From contig OZ244780.1 in NCBI GenBank assembly GCA_965219565.1, forward strand, positions 479,765 to 543,764: 64,000 bases of DNA, read 5' to 3'. A model generated the notes under the pieces. It was not told the origin of the DNA. It did no database searches and was given only the letters and a program-made list of their open reading frames with translations. The stretch comes from Dehalococcoidia bacterium (lineage in GTDB: Bacteria > Chloroflexota > Dehalococcoidia > Lucifugimonadales > JAGWBF01). Position 1 is the first letter of the stretch, and every line of letters begins with the position of its first letter. The translations under genes and the position numbers were made by a program. Of the stretch, positions 36,897 through 48,517 are shown piece after piece.

Positions 36897-39800
36897 TCAA
36901 TCATAATGCTCAGTATGCTCGGTGGTCTCGTCATCAGGATAAGCTTCCATGTCCTCGAATTCCTCTAGCTCGTCTGCATATTGGTTGTAACCGAGGCCCC
37001 GAACGTGGGGTTCGTTGTTCAGCAGTTCGCGCAGTCGGGCCAGTTCCTCTCGGTCCCAGCCCATGGCCTCGGCGACGGCTTCGTCCCACAGGCGGCGCAC
37101 CTCGCACTCACCGTCTCGGAACTGCGGCACTTCCATATCCCTGGTGCGCTCCCAGCAGTCGGCTAGAGTCTGACGGATACGGTCATCCTGGATGTCGGGT
37201 ACCCTGAGGTTGTTTGTTGCCCGTGGTGAGTAGCTTGGAAACGCCAGCTTTTTGCTTGGATCTCGCATAATTTGAAGCCGTCCTGGCGTCGAGTTGGTAA
37301 AGACGGCGATGGCCTTCGCTTCGTCGGGCGATAAGCCGACCACGGGAAACCAAGTCTGTCCAAGGTACTTGGTTTCGCTCGCGGTCGCAGTCAAACGTGC
37401 TGTACTGTTGTCTTGCCCGGCGGTTATCAGAAGATGCGATGACCACTCGAGATAATGTCTTGCCTGCCGTTCTCGCCCCTTCTTAAAGACCCAATGTCCG
37501 TCAGGTGTAGATTTGATCGTCTTTTGACCTTCAGCGCCTTTCGATTCCAGTATAGGTATGCTTTCTTCGTTATACTGATCTGATCTGTCAAAGTTCTCAC
37601 GTACTCTTCGGCTCCCATCGTGAGCGATGCAACCTGGTATTGACCCAAGAGGTTGTAGGGTGGGATCGTGCGCAAAGTCCGCGCCTGCTTTCGCTAATCT
37701 CGGTGAACGCCAGATTGCTGGCGTCCAGTCTCCCTCCGCCATTCGGTCAGCAGACCATAGTGATACCTCTCCCCAGCCGTTCGGGATTTGGCCGGGGGGA
37801 GACTCCAACAGGCAGCGATGCAGGTCCTCAACCTCGCTCTCGTCTGCTGGCATCTTATCCAGATGAACGAAGCGCGTGGGCGGTTTGGGGCCGTCGGGGT
37901 GGCGGCGCATGACAACGATGCTCTCGTTGATGCTCGTGTTCTGGCTCATGTTGATATTGCGGGGCTGGTGACAGGTGACCACGGTGTGGATGTGGAAGCG
38001 TTCCGCAAGTACCTGGCGTTCCTTCAGCCCCGACGTGGATGACAGGGCGATGGTCGGGTTGATCATCGACACCACCCCATCGGGCCGCTTTTGCACGTGG
38101 TCCGCTAGGGCCACGAAAAGCGGCCCGATGGAATTCTTATCTGAGAATTCCACCAGGCTGGGGTCCGCTCCCACCAATATTCCCTCCATCGCGTCTGCCC
38201 GGGAGCGCATCTTCTGCTGTATCTCCTTCGGGAACTTCTCGCCCATCTTGGCCCTGTTGGTGAAGGGCGGGTTCATGATGATGATTCGGGCTTCCTTGAC
38301 GGCGGACACAGCGTCCTCTAATTCAGTGTCGTCGGACGGACTCCAAGTAAGCTGCGATGCTATCTTGTCGTCGGCGAGGCGCAACTCGCTCTCTCTCGGT
38401 ATGACTGCCTTCTGTCCCAGCAGTTCAAGAGTGCCAACGGAGATGCGCTTTAAGTCATTCGGATGTGGGCCGTAGGGCATCAGATGCAGGCCCATCGAGC
38501 GGTATCGGATCTCCTGGTTTCCTGCGGTTAGCTGCGAGGCCGCCAGCTGAAGCGAGACAGGGTTGATGTCCAGGCCCTTGATGGTCTCCTCTACTCCCAG
38601 CTTCTGGAGTTCTGCGAGGCGGTCTTTATGCGCACCGCTATCTTCAGCCCTTCGCTTCATGTCGGTGAGGATAGCGGCCAGCAGGGTGCCGCTGCCGCAA
38701 GCCAAGTCCACCGTCTTGAGTTCCCTCCATACGGCGGGATCTGTCCAGTCCTGTTCGCCGCAGGCGTCCAAGGTTAGACGGGCGGCGATGGAGGCCGCCA
38801 CCGGCCTCGTGAAATAGGCCCCATCGCTGGCCTGATTGCCCATAACCCGGTTGAACAGCGGGCCAGCGTGGTCCGCTCCCATATCAGCATAGGATTCGGC
38901 GATACGCTCCGCCTCGGCGGCTATGTGTCGCAGAGCGCGCTCCAGACCTGCCAGCTTCCCGGTGTCCTCGATGGCTTGGATGGCGTTGAGCGCCGGTTCC
39001 AGGACGGGACGAAAGTCGTGGCTTCTGATCTGGTTCCATTCGCGGATGACTCGTCGCGCACCACGTTCACGTCGTTCTTGACGGTCTCCAGGTCGCTTAC
39101 GCCACTTAGCCAGCGGCCGTTGGCGATGCGCTGGTGGAGCATGGCGGCGTTCATCATCAACAGCGCCGCGATGGTGCATCCGTCGGCCTGCTTTGTTAAG
39201 TCGCTCTCCCTCAGGTTGTCCAGCCCGAAGTGGCGGTCGAGAGCGGGGCGTAACTCGTCGGCGTTCAGATGGTGGGCAGCCTCCCTGATGCTGTCCTCTA
39301 AGATGTTCAGGTCCCGGAGGACGCGGTCGTCCGAGAGGCCGGACTTTTCCAGCAGGTTCATGCGGATGGCCTCACCGAACTCCTGCATCTCCTTCAGCAG
39401 GCGCAGCTGGCGCTCAATGGCTTTCGAGTCGTCCTTTGCGCGCTTCTTTTTCTTGTCTTCCAGGGACGGTAGGGGGTTGCCTTTGCCGTTGTTGATCATG
39501 GCCTTGGCCTTGGCCTTGGTCTTCCTGATGTTGATGTCTCCCGGCTTTCCATCGGCATCGGGCTTCTCTCTGGCGACGGTGTCCGTACGCAGGTCGAAGC
39601 TGCCGTCGTCGTTCAGTTTGCCCGTGAGGACCGTTGTGGGTGGGCTGGCTTGGTAGGGTGCTCCCTGCTCCCGGACAACGCTGGGCGCTTTGGGTTCTGG
39701 CAGGCCGTACTCCATTGACTCTGGCAGGGGGACAAACTTGTTCGTTCGTGGGCTGTCTCCCTTCAGCACCTGCTCGACTGCCTCCTGCGCATCCCCGGGG

Positions 39801-41992
39801 GCACCCTCGTGTATCCAATACTGGATGCGCTTGCTCTCCCCCTTGGCGATGCCGATGAAGGTGTCCACCTTTTCGGGAATCTTGGGGAGGTACAGTTGCA
39901 GCAACTCTGCCAGGTTTTCCTCGATGCGTTGGTCGTGGGCGCGCAGGGCCAGGAGGATCTGCCCCAACTCCTGCCACCCTTCCTCCGGCGAACTGTTGCT
40001 GAGCCACGCTTCGGCGTCTGCGTTGGGAGGGATGACGAACGGGCAGATGATGTAGCCCAGGCACTTGTCGGGAGCAGTTCGCATGGCACGGCCAACGGCC
40101 TGTATGACATCTATGGGGCTCTTGCGGGATTCCAGGAATGCGACGGCGCTCAGCGAAGGCGAATCGGTGCCTTCCCCAAAGATGCCGACGTTGATAATGC
40201 CATGGGGCTGGGCTGTGGTGGCCGCCGCCAGGCGCCGCTTGCCGTTCTCCCGTTTGGAGACGTTGCTTGTGGCGTCGAGGTGTTCCAGGGAGTATGCCGC
40301 TGCCGGTTGACCTCCGGAGTGCTCGTTGAGCCAGCCTTGGAGCCAGTCCCGCACCATAGGTTGTTGGAGGTCCCTCGCAAGATTCTCTGACTTGTCCACC
40401 GTATTCATGAAGGCGATGCACGACTTGATGGGGACGCTGCCGTTCTCCATGTCCACAGTGGCGCCGCCCATAGCCAGGGTAAAAGCCAAGCCGCGGAGGA
40501 AGTGGGTGGTGGTGAGCCTGTGGCGGCCCTTGCTCTCGGTGATTGTAGCAAGCTCGTTGGCGACGTCGTAGGCGTCTGGGTCGTTGAGGGCCACGGCGAT
40601 GATTCGATAGTCGGCGAGCCAGCCGTTCTTGACGGCTTCCACGTAGCTCTTGCGGTACAACTCGACACCGAAGACCTCTTCGTCGTCCATGGACCGGACA
40701 ATCCAGTCGCTGTTGCGGTCGAGCCTGACCCTGGTGGTGTCATAGACCCGAGGCGTAGCAGTCTGATAGATGCGGTAGGTGGCGGGCATGGCGTCGTTAT
40801 CGTGGCAGAGGGTGAAGTCGCGGACGCGCTGCTCGTCCAGGGAGAGCATGGTGCTCTTGGCGCTCTTCTTGCGCCGCAGGCCGGCGGTGCGGTGCGCCTC
40901 GTCGGCGACGAGGACGCGGACGGTGACGCCGGTCTCTTGGAGGGCGTCGGCGATGGGTCGGCCACTCTGGTAGGTGCCGAAGATGACACTGATGCGCCTA
41001 CCCTTCTTGCCGTCGCGTATCCACTGGGCGATTTCGGCCGGGTTCGTGGTGACCTTTCCCTTCACCACGGAGACACTGACGTTGCTGTTGTCCAGGGTCG
41101 GATCGGAGGCCGTGTCGCGGGCACCTTCCTTGGAGGGATCGTAGCCGGCGGTCACGTCGGAACACACGGCCAACGCTCGTAGCCGGGTATCCGCGTACTG
41201 GAGGTACTCCCGACGAATCTGGGCCACCAACGCGATGGACGGACAGAGCACTATGGACAGTTCGCCCGGTGGTGTCAGTTGCTCGATGATGCGCAGGGAG
41301 ATTCGGGTCTTGCCTGTGCCGCAGGGCAGGATGATTTTCCCGCGGGCCTCGCCGACGGGAAGCCCACCGCTGTCCGATTGGGCGTGCTCCTCCAGAATAC
41401 GGGCACTCTCTGAGATTGCCTCTGACTGCATGCACGATTTGGTTCGCGACCGCCATTCGCCGTACGGGTTGGGGGCGCAGTGAGGGCATTCCTCAACGGT
41501 GGGAGCAAGTTGCTGTTGCAGCAGGTCATTGGTGATGTTCACCAGCTTGATCGGTTTGCTGGTCATCGAGAGCACCTGCTGGGCATTGTTGCTCAACGGA
41601 TTGTTGCCGTTGGTTACAATCCAGCGTTCCGCCCAGAATCCATCTGCCGAGGCGCTAGCGAACTTGTCGGTCTCACCCTTCTCTATGGGAGCCCCGTCAC
41701 CGCGCTCATCCAACTGCCGGGCTTTGCACTGGATGGCGATGTATTGGTTGTCACCCCTGCGGATCGCAACCGCGTCGATACCCACGTCCTGTTTGGTGGT
41801 CTTGGGGAAGTGGTCTTCCCGCTCTGGCCATTCTGACCAGTGGTAACACTCGTCGAAGTCCCATTCCTTGAGATGGGGACTTACTTGCACCGTGAGGTCT
41901 TCAAGCCACGTACCGTCCGTGTCTTGAGGATTCATCTCGGTGGCAATGCCGATAGCCTTTGTGATAATCATCTGTGTTTCAGTGTTCAGCAT
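36897..41992 (-). pseudogene. Type ISP/IIG-like single-polypeptide restriction-modification enzyme (nuclease-helicase-MTase-TRD), split by one frameshift near 39057
   Basis: Mrr-like GIDAVA...IAIQCK, PCGTGKT, DEAH, QAVGRAMR in upper ORF; YFT, DLACGSGT, NPPF in lower ORF; frames join at ...NDVNVV/RRVIREW. Confidence 0.85.
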
Positions 41993-42303
41993 GTATGGGC
42001 TCCACCGGGGCATTGCTGGTGATGTGGTTTCCCGATTGTACCCGAACACCGCAAGATCGGATAGTGCGGCGCCGAGCGCCGGGTCGCTACTGCCTCCCTG
42101 AAAGGTACAGGGGCGTGCGGGCACCGAGTGGGGGGAGGCCGTCCCTTTATGCAGGGCGTTTCTGCCGTGTCTGAGGTGCAAGTTCGGGCCCAAGGACTAG
42201 GGCAAGTACAGCGTTGGAATCAGGACGGGAAGAGTTGCAATCCTGCACCGTCTCTAAGGGTGACGCCCTGCACCGACGGTAAGCGGGGTCGTGCTGGCGA
42301 CTA

Positions 42304-42984
42304 TTAGTTCACTGGTAGGATGCCCAAGCGAATGCCAGCGACCACCGCGTCCAGTTTGGTGGACGCATCAAGCTTGTGGCGTAGATTACGGATATGGTTG
42401 CGCACTGTGTGCCTGCTGATGCCCAGTTCGTCGGCTATCCGATGGGTGTCCCGGCCCAAAGCCACCAAACGCAACACCTCCAGCTCCCGCCGTGTCAGAG
42501 CGGGCGCCTGCCCGGGGCTGGCAGGGGCCGGAGGATGGTCCGATAGAATATCGGCGCCGCCCGCCAACAGCGCATCCCGCAACGAGCCTTCGGCTTGGCT
42601 GTAGTCTTCCGTTTCCTGGCTGTCGTCGAAGAGATGCACAAGCAGTGGGGCTCCTCCGAGGATGCCGGCAACTACCATGGGAGTGACGGTGACCCACTTT
42701 CGTTCTCCGGAGGAGCAGAGCATTCGCAGCCGTGCTGTCGCCGGGATCAAGCCAGTCCGCAGGTAACGCATCGAGGGGCATCCTCCCAAGCATTCCGGCG
42801 TCAAGCTGCCAGGGCCCAACCCCTTCATTACCTCGTAGCAACGACGGCCCAGGACCTCGTCGGACGGATAGCCTAGGATGCGCTCTGCGGCACGGTTCCA
42901 GAAAATAATCGTCTGGTCCACCGATACGGCGTAGATGCCGCATGAAGCGGATGCCAATGCCGTGAGGAGGGGACTTGAGGTCAA
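42304..42984 (-). CDS. PAS-domain LuxR-family transcriptional regulator
   Basis: FWNRAAERILGY...EVLGRRC PAS; LTRRELEVL...IADELGIS.HTVRNH HTH. Confidence 0.92.
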   Translation of the reverse strand: MTSSPLLTALASASCGIYAVSVDQTIIFWNRAAERILGYPSDEVLGRRCYEVMKGLGPGSLTPECLGGCPSMRYLRTGLIPATARLRMLCSSGERKWVTVTPMVVAGILGGAPLLVHLFDDSQETEDYSQAEGSLRDALLAGGADILSDHPPAPASPGQAPALTRRELEVLRLVALGRDTHRIADELGISRHTVRNHIRNLRHKLDASTKLDAVVAGIRLGILPVN

Positions 42985-43506
42985 TGCGTGCGCCTTTATA
43001 GGGTCACAGACCTATAGAATTTAGGAGGCGAAGTCCGGGAATCCGACAAACCCTAGACCCGAACTTCAGCTACTTGGTCACATCGGAAGCGAACTGGATA
43101 TTCAGCTGGCGGTAATAGTAGCGCCTACGATGCAGTCGGTCTACGATATATAGGCGTTATGAACCGAGTCTCGTCCCACCGCAGGAATGAGTTCCCCGAC
43201 GCCTACCAACAGCGTTAACCCAACCTGGAAGCTGCTTCAACGAAGCTTTACACAGAGAAAGGTTATCTTGACTCTAAACAATATAGTTGTGTCATTCAAG
43301 CGGAAGGGTCAAAACGGAGAGCACGGTAGTGTTGATGTCCTATTGTCAGCGCGTGACCGGAAAATGTTGCCGTGAGTGTGGACCGCACCCAGGCACACGA
43401 GAGTCGATTGAAGAAGCCTCCGGCAGACCTTGGGGATTGTGGGGGAGGCATAAGGGTGTAGCCTTACCTTCCGCGGATGATGGGTGTGATGCTGTTGACC
43501 ACGCTG

Positions 43507-43610
43507 AGGAGATGGCGCTGAACGGCTCGGTTCTGTCTACCGTCAAAAATGGTGGGCCTATTTTGACGATAGACAGAACCATCTTTGAATTGTGGCTGGG
43601 AAGATTGTAG
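43507..43610 (+). pseudogene. Orphan 3' tail of a large serine recombinase (probable att junction)
   Basis: EEMALNGSVLSTVKNGGP..T..RT.F matches the C-terminus QEIPLNGSVVSSVNGSPP....RTF of 56654-58294; shared DNA ctgaacggctcggt. Confidence 0.65.
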
Positions 43611-43639
43611 GTCTGTGTCTGACGGTAGGCAGTACCGTC

Positions 43640-44088
43640 TTCGAGGTGTCGAAGCCGGCAATGGACACACCTGTGGGATGAAGATGGACGGCACCGTCGC
43701 CTGTTGGGGCAGCAATGACCTGGTGGGCCAGGCCGAACCGCCGGGTGGGGAGTTCGCCTCCGTCGGCGCCGGCTCCCTGCACATCTGCGGGGCGAAGACG
43801 GATCGGACCGTCGTATGCTGGGGCAGCGATGTCAGCGGTGAGTCTTCACCTCCGGACGGGGAGTTCGCCTCCGTCAGCGCGGGATCCTAGCACACGTACG
43901 GAGTGAAGACGGACGGCACAGTCGCCTGCTGGGGTTGGAACGATCAGGGCCAGGCAGAGCCGCCGGGCGGAGAGTTCATCTCGGTCAGCGGCGGGTATGC
44001 CCATACGTGTGGAGTAAGGACAGACGGATCGGTCGCATGTTGGAGTGCTGACGACGACGGCCAGGCAACACCGCCTGCCAGCAGCTAG
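43640..44088 (+). pseudogene. RCC1-repeat protein fragment with internal TAG at 43888
   Basis: Four H(T/I)(C/Y)G.(K/R).D..V.CW repeats continuing in frame across the stop. Confidence 0.75.
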
Positions 44089-44132
44089 GTGCTCGCGGAG
44101 CTTGACGGCCCCCAGTCTGGTTTACGACTGTG

Positions 44133-45944
44133 TCAGAGCACCTTCTTTGGCCAGCCAAATCTCTCAAAAGCTTCGACCTGGCTGCCGATGGGGAAGAAGG
44201 TTGTGCCCCACTCCAACCCTCCGTAGCCTAGTTGTTCTTCATTGGGCGAGTAGAGGCTGTAGGCATAGGCTCCACTGGGAGCGATCACGATTCTTGCTCG
44301 GACGTTCGATGCTTCGTTTTCTCTTAGGCGAATGACAACGAACCTCTCCCTCTCAATGGATACCGTATCCACAATGTCCCCGATCCTCCCATAGATGTTT
44401 CGGATGCACAGCATGGCATACCAACCTGCGCTGGCGATGTCCTGCCTGAACTGCTCCTCAATGTCATTCATCTTCATGTCCAAGACATCAATCGCTCTGT
44501 AGGTCTTTGCAATCTCGTCGGGGGTATTGACGTCTTCCTGCCAGACTTTCCTCACTGGGCTCATGGGGTAGGTGGGGTCATCGAGCATTTCCTCAAACGA
44601 CTTGTAGACACGACCCGTTACGGTCCTTATCGGGATGGCAGGCTCGTCGTCCTCTGATTGCCGTTCGCCGAGCTCGAATTCATCCAGAGCGAGTTCCTTA
44701 GCAACCTCCTCGTCACTCTGTTCGTTGCCGGGATCTCCCATCGAGTCCAAAGGATCAGGAGGTGAGAGTGGCTCTTCCGTCCCATGGTCGCTTTGGCCGC
44801 TGTGCGTCTGCTCGCGGGGTTCGTCTCTCTCGGACTCTTGGCTCCAGGTGACCGTTTGCTCCTTAACTGATTCGCGGAGACCCCCGTCTGAAGATAGCAC
44901 CTCGCCATCTGGCCCCCTTGCTTCGAATTTCCACTCTTCCCGTTTCGCCGACCTCCGCCTTGCGGTCGCTTGCTTGGCGACAGGCTTTGGTCCTTCAACC
45001 CTGGCAGGCGGTGGCTCTGTTTTCAGATCCGCTCCAGAAGACAGAGGAACGCGGGCGTGGCGAACTAGCCCGTGGGTGGTTTGCCTCAGGGCGTCTCTCA
45101 TCATCCCAGAGATTTGCAGAATGACCGATTCCTGTTCTGCACCTTCGTTAAGGATGATGAAACGATACTCCTGTTGCGCCGCATACTCTCTATCCTTCAC
45201 AAACAACTGAGCAGCGACCCGCTGTTCATTGTTTGTGATGCCCTCAAGCAGTTCGTATACGCTATCGGTGTAGACCACCGGCCCGTGCAAGACCCACTGC
45301 GTCTTGTGTTTAGTCTTCTCAGTTTCAACACCGCCCGTCGAGTTGGTCATCGAGCCTTCACTCAGTTGAGGGCCGAGTTGATCCGCGACCATGTGCGCCA
45401 GTGCTTCGGCGAACCTTGCCGGTTGACCGATCACAGACACGTGATCGTAATCTTTGGGCAGCGTTTCACTCCAAGCTTCCCAATCGTCTGTCGCCGGTTG
45501 GATTGATGTGCAGAAGACCCACCATTCCTTGGCATAGGTGAAGCTTTTGCTCGCTGTGTCCGTGTTGCTCTTGGTGTTGGACTCGCTGTATTTGAGTCGC
45601 ATACGTCTGTCCAACAGCTCAAAGGCCTCGTTCAGTTCGGAAACGGCACGTTGCCTCGTCGACTCGGCTGCGGTCTCCCGAGTGGTTACGACTGATTCCT
45701 CTCGTGCCAATCCCTCTTGTACGTCCAGTATCAACCCCTCTCCATATTCCCGGAATCTGGAGGGATTGGATACCATGATTGTTTCAGAGTCCTCGAGTGC
45801 GTACTTTCGCTCGCAGCCCCTGACGAGGCCGGTGATTGGAATTCTGGTCCCTGGTGGGCGGAGATCGACGTAGCTCGTCATGATGAGGTGTTCCGCATCA
45901 TTCAGGACGAATCCTTCGTTGACCCAGACCATGTCGTATGCCAT
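44133..45944 (-). CDS. Large hypothetical protein with DUF2971-like N-terminal motifs
   Basis: WVFCTS, GPVVY, FVKDREYAAQQEYRF; acidic disordered middle. Confidence 0.6.
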   Translation of the reverse strand: MAYDMVWVNEGFVLNDAEHLIMTSYVDLRPPGTRIPITGLVRGCERKYALEDSETIMVSNPSRFREYGEGLILDVQEGLAREESVVTTRETAAESTRQRAVSELNEAFELLDRRMRLKYSESNTKSNTDTASKSFTYAKEWWVFCTSIQPATDDWEAWSETLPKDYDHVSVIGQPARFAEALAHMVADQLGPQLSEGSMTNSTGGVETEKTKHKTQWVLHGPVVYTDSVYELLEGITNNEQRVAAQLFVKDREYAAQQEYRFIILNEGAEQESVILQISGMMRDALRQTTHGLVRHARVPLSSGADLKTEPPPARVEGPKPVAKQATARRRSAKREEWKFEARGPDGEVLSSDGGLRESVKEQTVTWSQESERDEPREQTHSGQSDHGTEEPLSPPDPLDSMGDPGNEQSDEEVAKELALDEFELGERQSEDDEPAIPIRTVTGRVYKSFEEMLDDPTYPMSPVRKVWQEDVNTPDEIAKTYRAIDVLDMKMNDIEEQFRQDIASAGWYAMLCIRNIYGRIGDIVDTVSIERERFVVIRLRENEASNVRARIVIAPSGAYAYSLYSPNEEQLGYGGLEWGTTFFPIGSQVEAFERFGWPKKVL

Positions 45945-45969
45945 TCTTGCCACCCTTCCTGGTGTCTGA

Positions 45970-46460
45970 TCAGTTTCCGGTTGCGGCTCTGCTTCCGTAC
46001 TCGTTGGTCGGGTCCCTGTAGATGGAGTGGTAGTGGCTACCGCCACCCCCTACCGCTCCCTGGCTCGACAGCTCGATGATGAGCGACGGGCCCTGTATGG
46101 CGGTAGTAGATCGAGCCCTGGCCGCCCGCGTCCCCGTTCCATGCGAAGTAGGTATTGTCCAGGTCCGCGCTAATCTTGGGCCACCTGGCCTCGCTGCTGC
46201 CGTCGTCGAGCATGCCCAGCCACAGACCGATCGCATCGAGAAGCGACTGTCGGTGCGTCTCGCTCCAGTCGGAGACCCACGCCCCCTCCAGGGGCGGAAT
46301 GACACCGTCCTTGCCCGTGCCCGTCCATACCTCGTCGGGCCTGGTCTCCACGGTGGCAAGTTCCTGAGCATCCCCATCCAGCGAGTCGAACAGCGCCAGC
46401 CCCGCTTCGATAAACGGGTCGAGAGGGGCAAAGGTCGAGCCGTCCTCGTACGACGCCGGT
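45970..46460 (-). pseudogene. DUF3500 family C-terminal fragment, frameshifted
   Basis: LDNTYFAWNG...YYR then shifted IQGPSLIIE.....HYHSIYRDPTNEYG. Confidence 0.75.
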
Positions 46461-46486
46461 TTCAGTCGATGGGCACATATCTCCCG

Positions 46487-47617
46487 CTAGGTCATGTCCC
46501 ATTCTTGCTGATTGGTCACTATATTGGGAGGAGTAGGATTCGCCGAATCATCGCCCGTGCGCAGTTCCATGATTCCTGCGGTTGTCTTCATTTCCGGGGC
46601 CTGGATCCTCCAGAAACAGACTGTGTGCAGTCTGGGTGGACCGTACGCTAAGGTCACCCCGTTCACATCTAAGACAGTCACGGGAAGCGGTGTGTCAGTT
46701 TTGAACAGTGGCGAGTAATGTCCCGCCAGGTATGGATTTGCGCTATTCCAGGATAGCTGGCCCCATACCACCTGCCACCCATTAGAAGAGCGTGAGCCTC
46801 CTGCCTTGCTCAATCTAATGTTTCGAATTCCTACGGCTCTAAATTGGGTGGGCAAGATACCTTGGGGAATTTCCCCTTGCCATATCTTCTCGAAGGCCTC
46901 CATATTGCTGGCTGGATGCAAACCGAGCTCTATCAAGGCCACTTCCGTCATTAGGCTCCCTGTGTTCTGAACTCCTATGTGAACTTGAACCCCGTCTCCT
47001 TGGCGAGCGAGGTACTCGGTGTGAGACAAGCTTGTCTCCCACCGGTCGTTAAGCCCGAATGTCAGTTTCAGATTCGGCTCTGTAGAGCGGTTCCTGACCA
47101 TATCAATTTCGTGGTGGTCCATAGGTTCGGCTTTGTAATTGAACCTCTTGTAGTACTTCTTGTCCTTCGCCTGCCAAACATTGCCCAATCCGACGGCGAC
47201 GTCAACGACAAACACGATCCGGCCACAGTAGGGTACTTCCGTGACTCGAAAGAGGTCCGGACCAGGTCTAGGCTGGATGTTGCTGGTGATTAGGTCTTCA
47301 ATCGTTTCTTTAGCGACTTCCCCTATCCGGAATCCAATTTCAGGGCCATCGGGAATCGGTGACCCTCCGGTAAGACTTGCATCCTCGGATTCCGGCACAC
47401 CATATACCAGCACACCGCCATCTGAGCTGAGAAACGAAGAAACGTCCTTGCTGATATCTTCAGCCCTCTTCTGACTGTTAAGCCCACGGCCGCCTCTACC
47501 CGGGGGCAATAGGCTCTCTTGGGCCTTATAGTCAAGATGCGCGTCCTCTGGCTTCTGGTCATCAAGCATTCGCTTGAGCTTCGCTTCCCAGCAGCGTTCA
47601 CTCTGAGACAACACCAT
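46487..47617 (-). CDS. Schlafen/AlbA_2 domain protein
   Basis: EDAHLDYK, KDVSSF....GGVLVYGVPE, NIQPR, YYKR.N....PM...EI. Confidence 0.85.
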   Translation of the reverse strand: MVLSQSERCWEAKLKRMLDDQKPEDAHLDYKAQESLLPPGRGGRGLNSQKRAEDISKDVSSFLSSDGGVLVYGVPESEDASLTGGSPIPDGPEIGFRIGEVAKETIEDLITSNIQPRPGPDLFRVTEVPYCGRIVFVVDVAVGLGNVWQAKDKKYYKRFNYKAEPMDHHEIDMVRNRSTEPNLKLTFGLNDRWETSLSHTEYLARQGDGVQVHIGVQNTGSLMTEVALIELGLHPASNMEAFEKIWQGEIPQGILPTQFRAVGIRNIRLSKAGGSRSSNGWQVVWGQLSWNSANPYLAGHYSPLFKTDTPLPVTVLDVNGVTLAYGPPRLHTVCFWRIQAPEMKTTAGIMELRTGDDSANPTPPNIVTNQQEWDMT

Positions 47618-48348
47618 CGACTCACCTCTCTGGATCACACGTTGGCGTGCTGCACCCAGTATCCATGGCCTTGGGTCCATACCCCTCCGCGGTAAAGCAA
47701 TCCGGAGAGATGGCAACGAACCGCTTTTCACCCTCTTGGGCAAGTTAGCGGATGTGGGTAGGGAACCCTAAACTCCGACCGCACACGCTCGGCCCGCCAA
47801 CGCCGAGGCTCTCCCAATGCCCTCGTGGGCCGTCCAGCGGTCGCCATTGAAAGGCAATGACCGGCCTACGCCTCATTGTCGCGGCTGGCCTGCTTCTAGG
47901 ACAAGGATCGTGGACAGTGCGGTTCGCCGGTGTGTCCCGCCAGACGAAGCGTAGAACGGATCCGGCGGTCAACCCCCGACATCATCATCCCTGAGGTTAC
48001 AAGGGTGCTGGGGGCGCTTCAAGTAGGCCGTCGTAGACCGGAGGGCAGGTCACGCGTCATCTATTCCGGAGGTCGAGCGACCTTGGGGCCCTCACCGATC
48101 AATGCCCTGATTCGCTTTTCTAAGCCGTCACGCAATTGCCCGGGATTTTCCCAAGCGATGTGGTAATGCTGCCGGACGTCAAAATGCAATTCGTTACGAT
48201 CTATGATGTCCTTGCGGCAAGAGCGAATCACAGGCAAGCCTAGTTAGGAACCTCAGGTCTCCTCCCGCAAATCCCAAGGTTTTCAGGTAGCTCTTTCCTA
48301 CAGTACTACGAAGAACTTCAATGTACTCCGTTAAATCCAGGGTATTGC

Positions 48349-48513
48349 TTACCGGCTCTTGTGAGACGTCCTGCCGGTCGTGTGGAACCACTTGACGCAC
48401 GCCTTGCACTCGTATCGCTGATAGCCGCGATTACGGCCCGCCTTGACTATCTTGTCCGAATTGTAGGCTGTACAGGTTATCGTGACTGTCTTGGTCGTCG
48501 TGTACTTAGCCAT
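48349..48513 (-). mobile_element. IS1-like transposase N-terminal zinc-ribbon remnant
   Basis: Manual translation MAKYTTTKTVTITCTAYNSDKIVKAGRNRGYQRYECKACVKWF...*. Confidence 0.6.
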
Positions 48514-48517
48514 TAGC

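Noticed and set aside
43640-44088. RCC1 repeats as a diversity-generating retroelement target
   Set aside because: No reverse transcriptase and no template/variable pair with adenine-specific differences in the window
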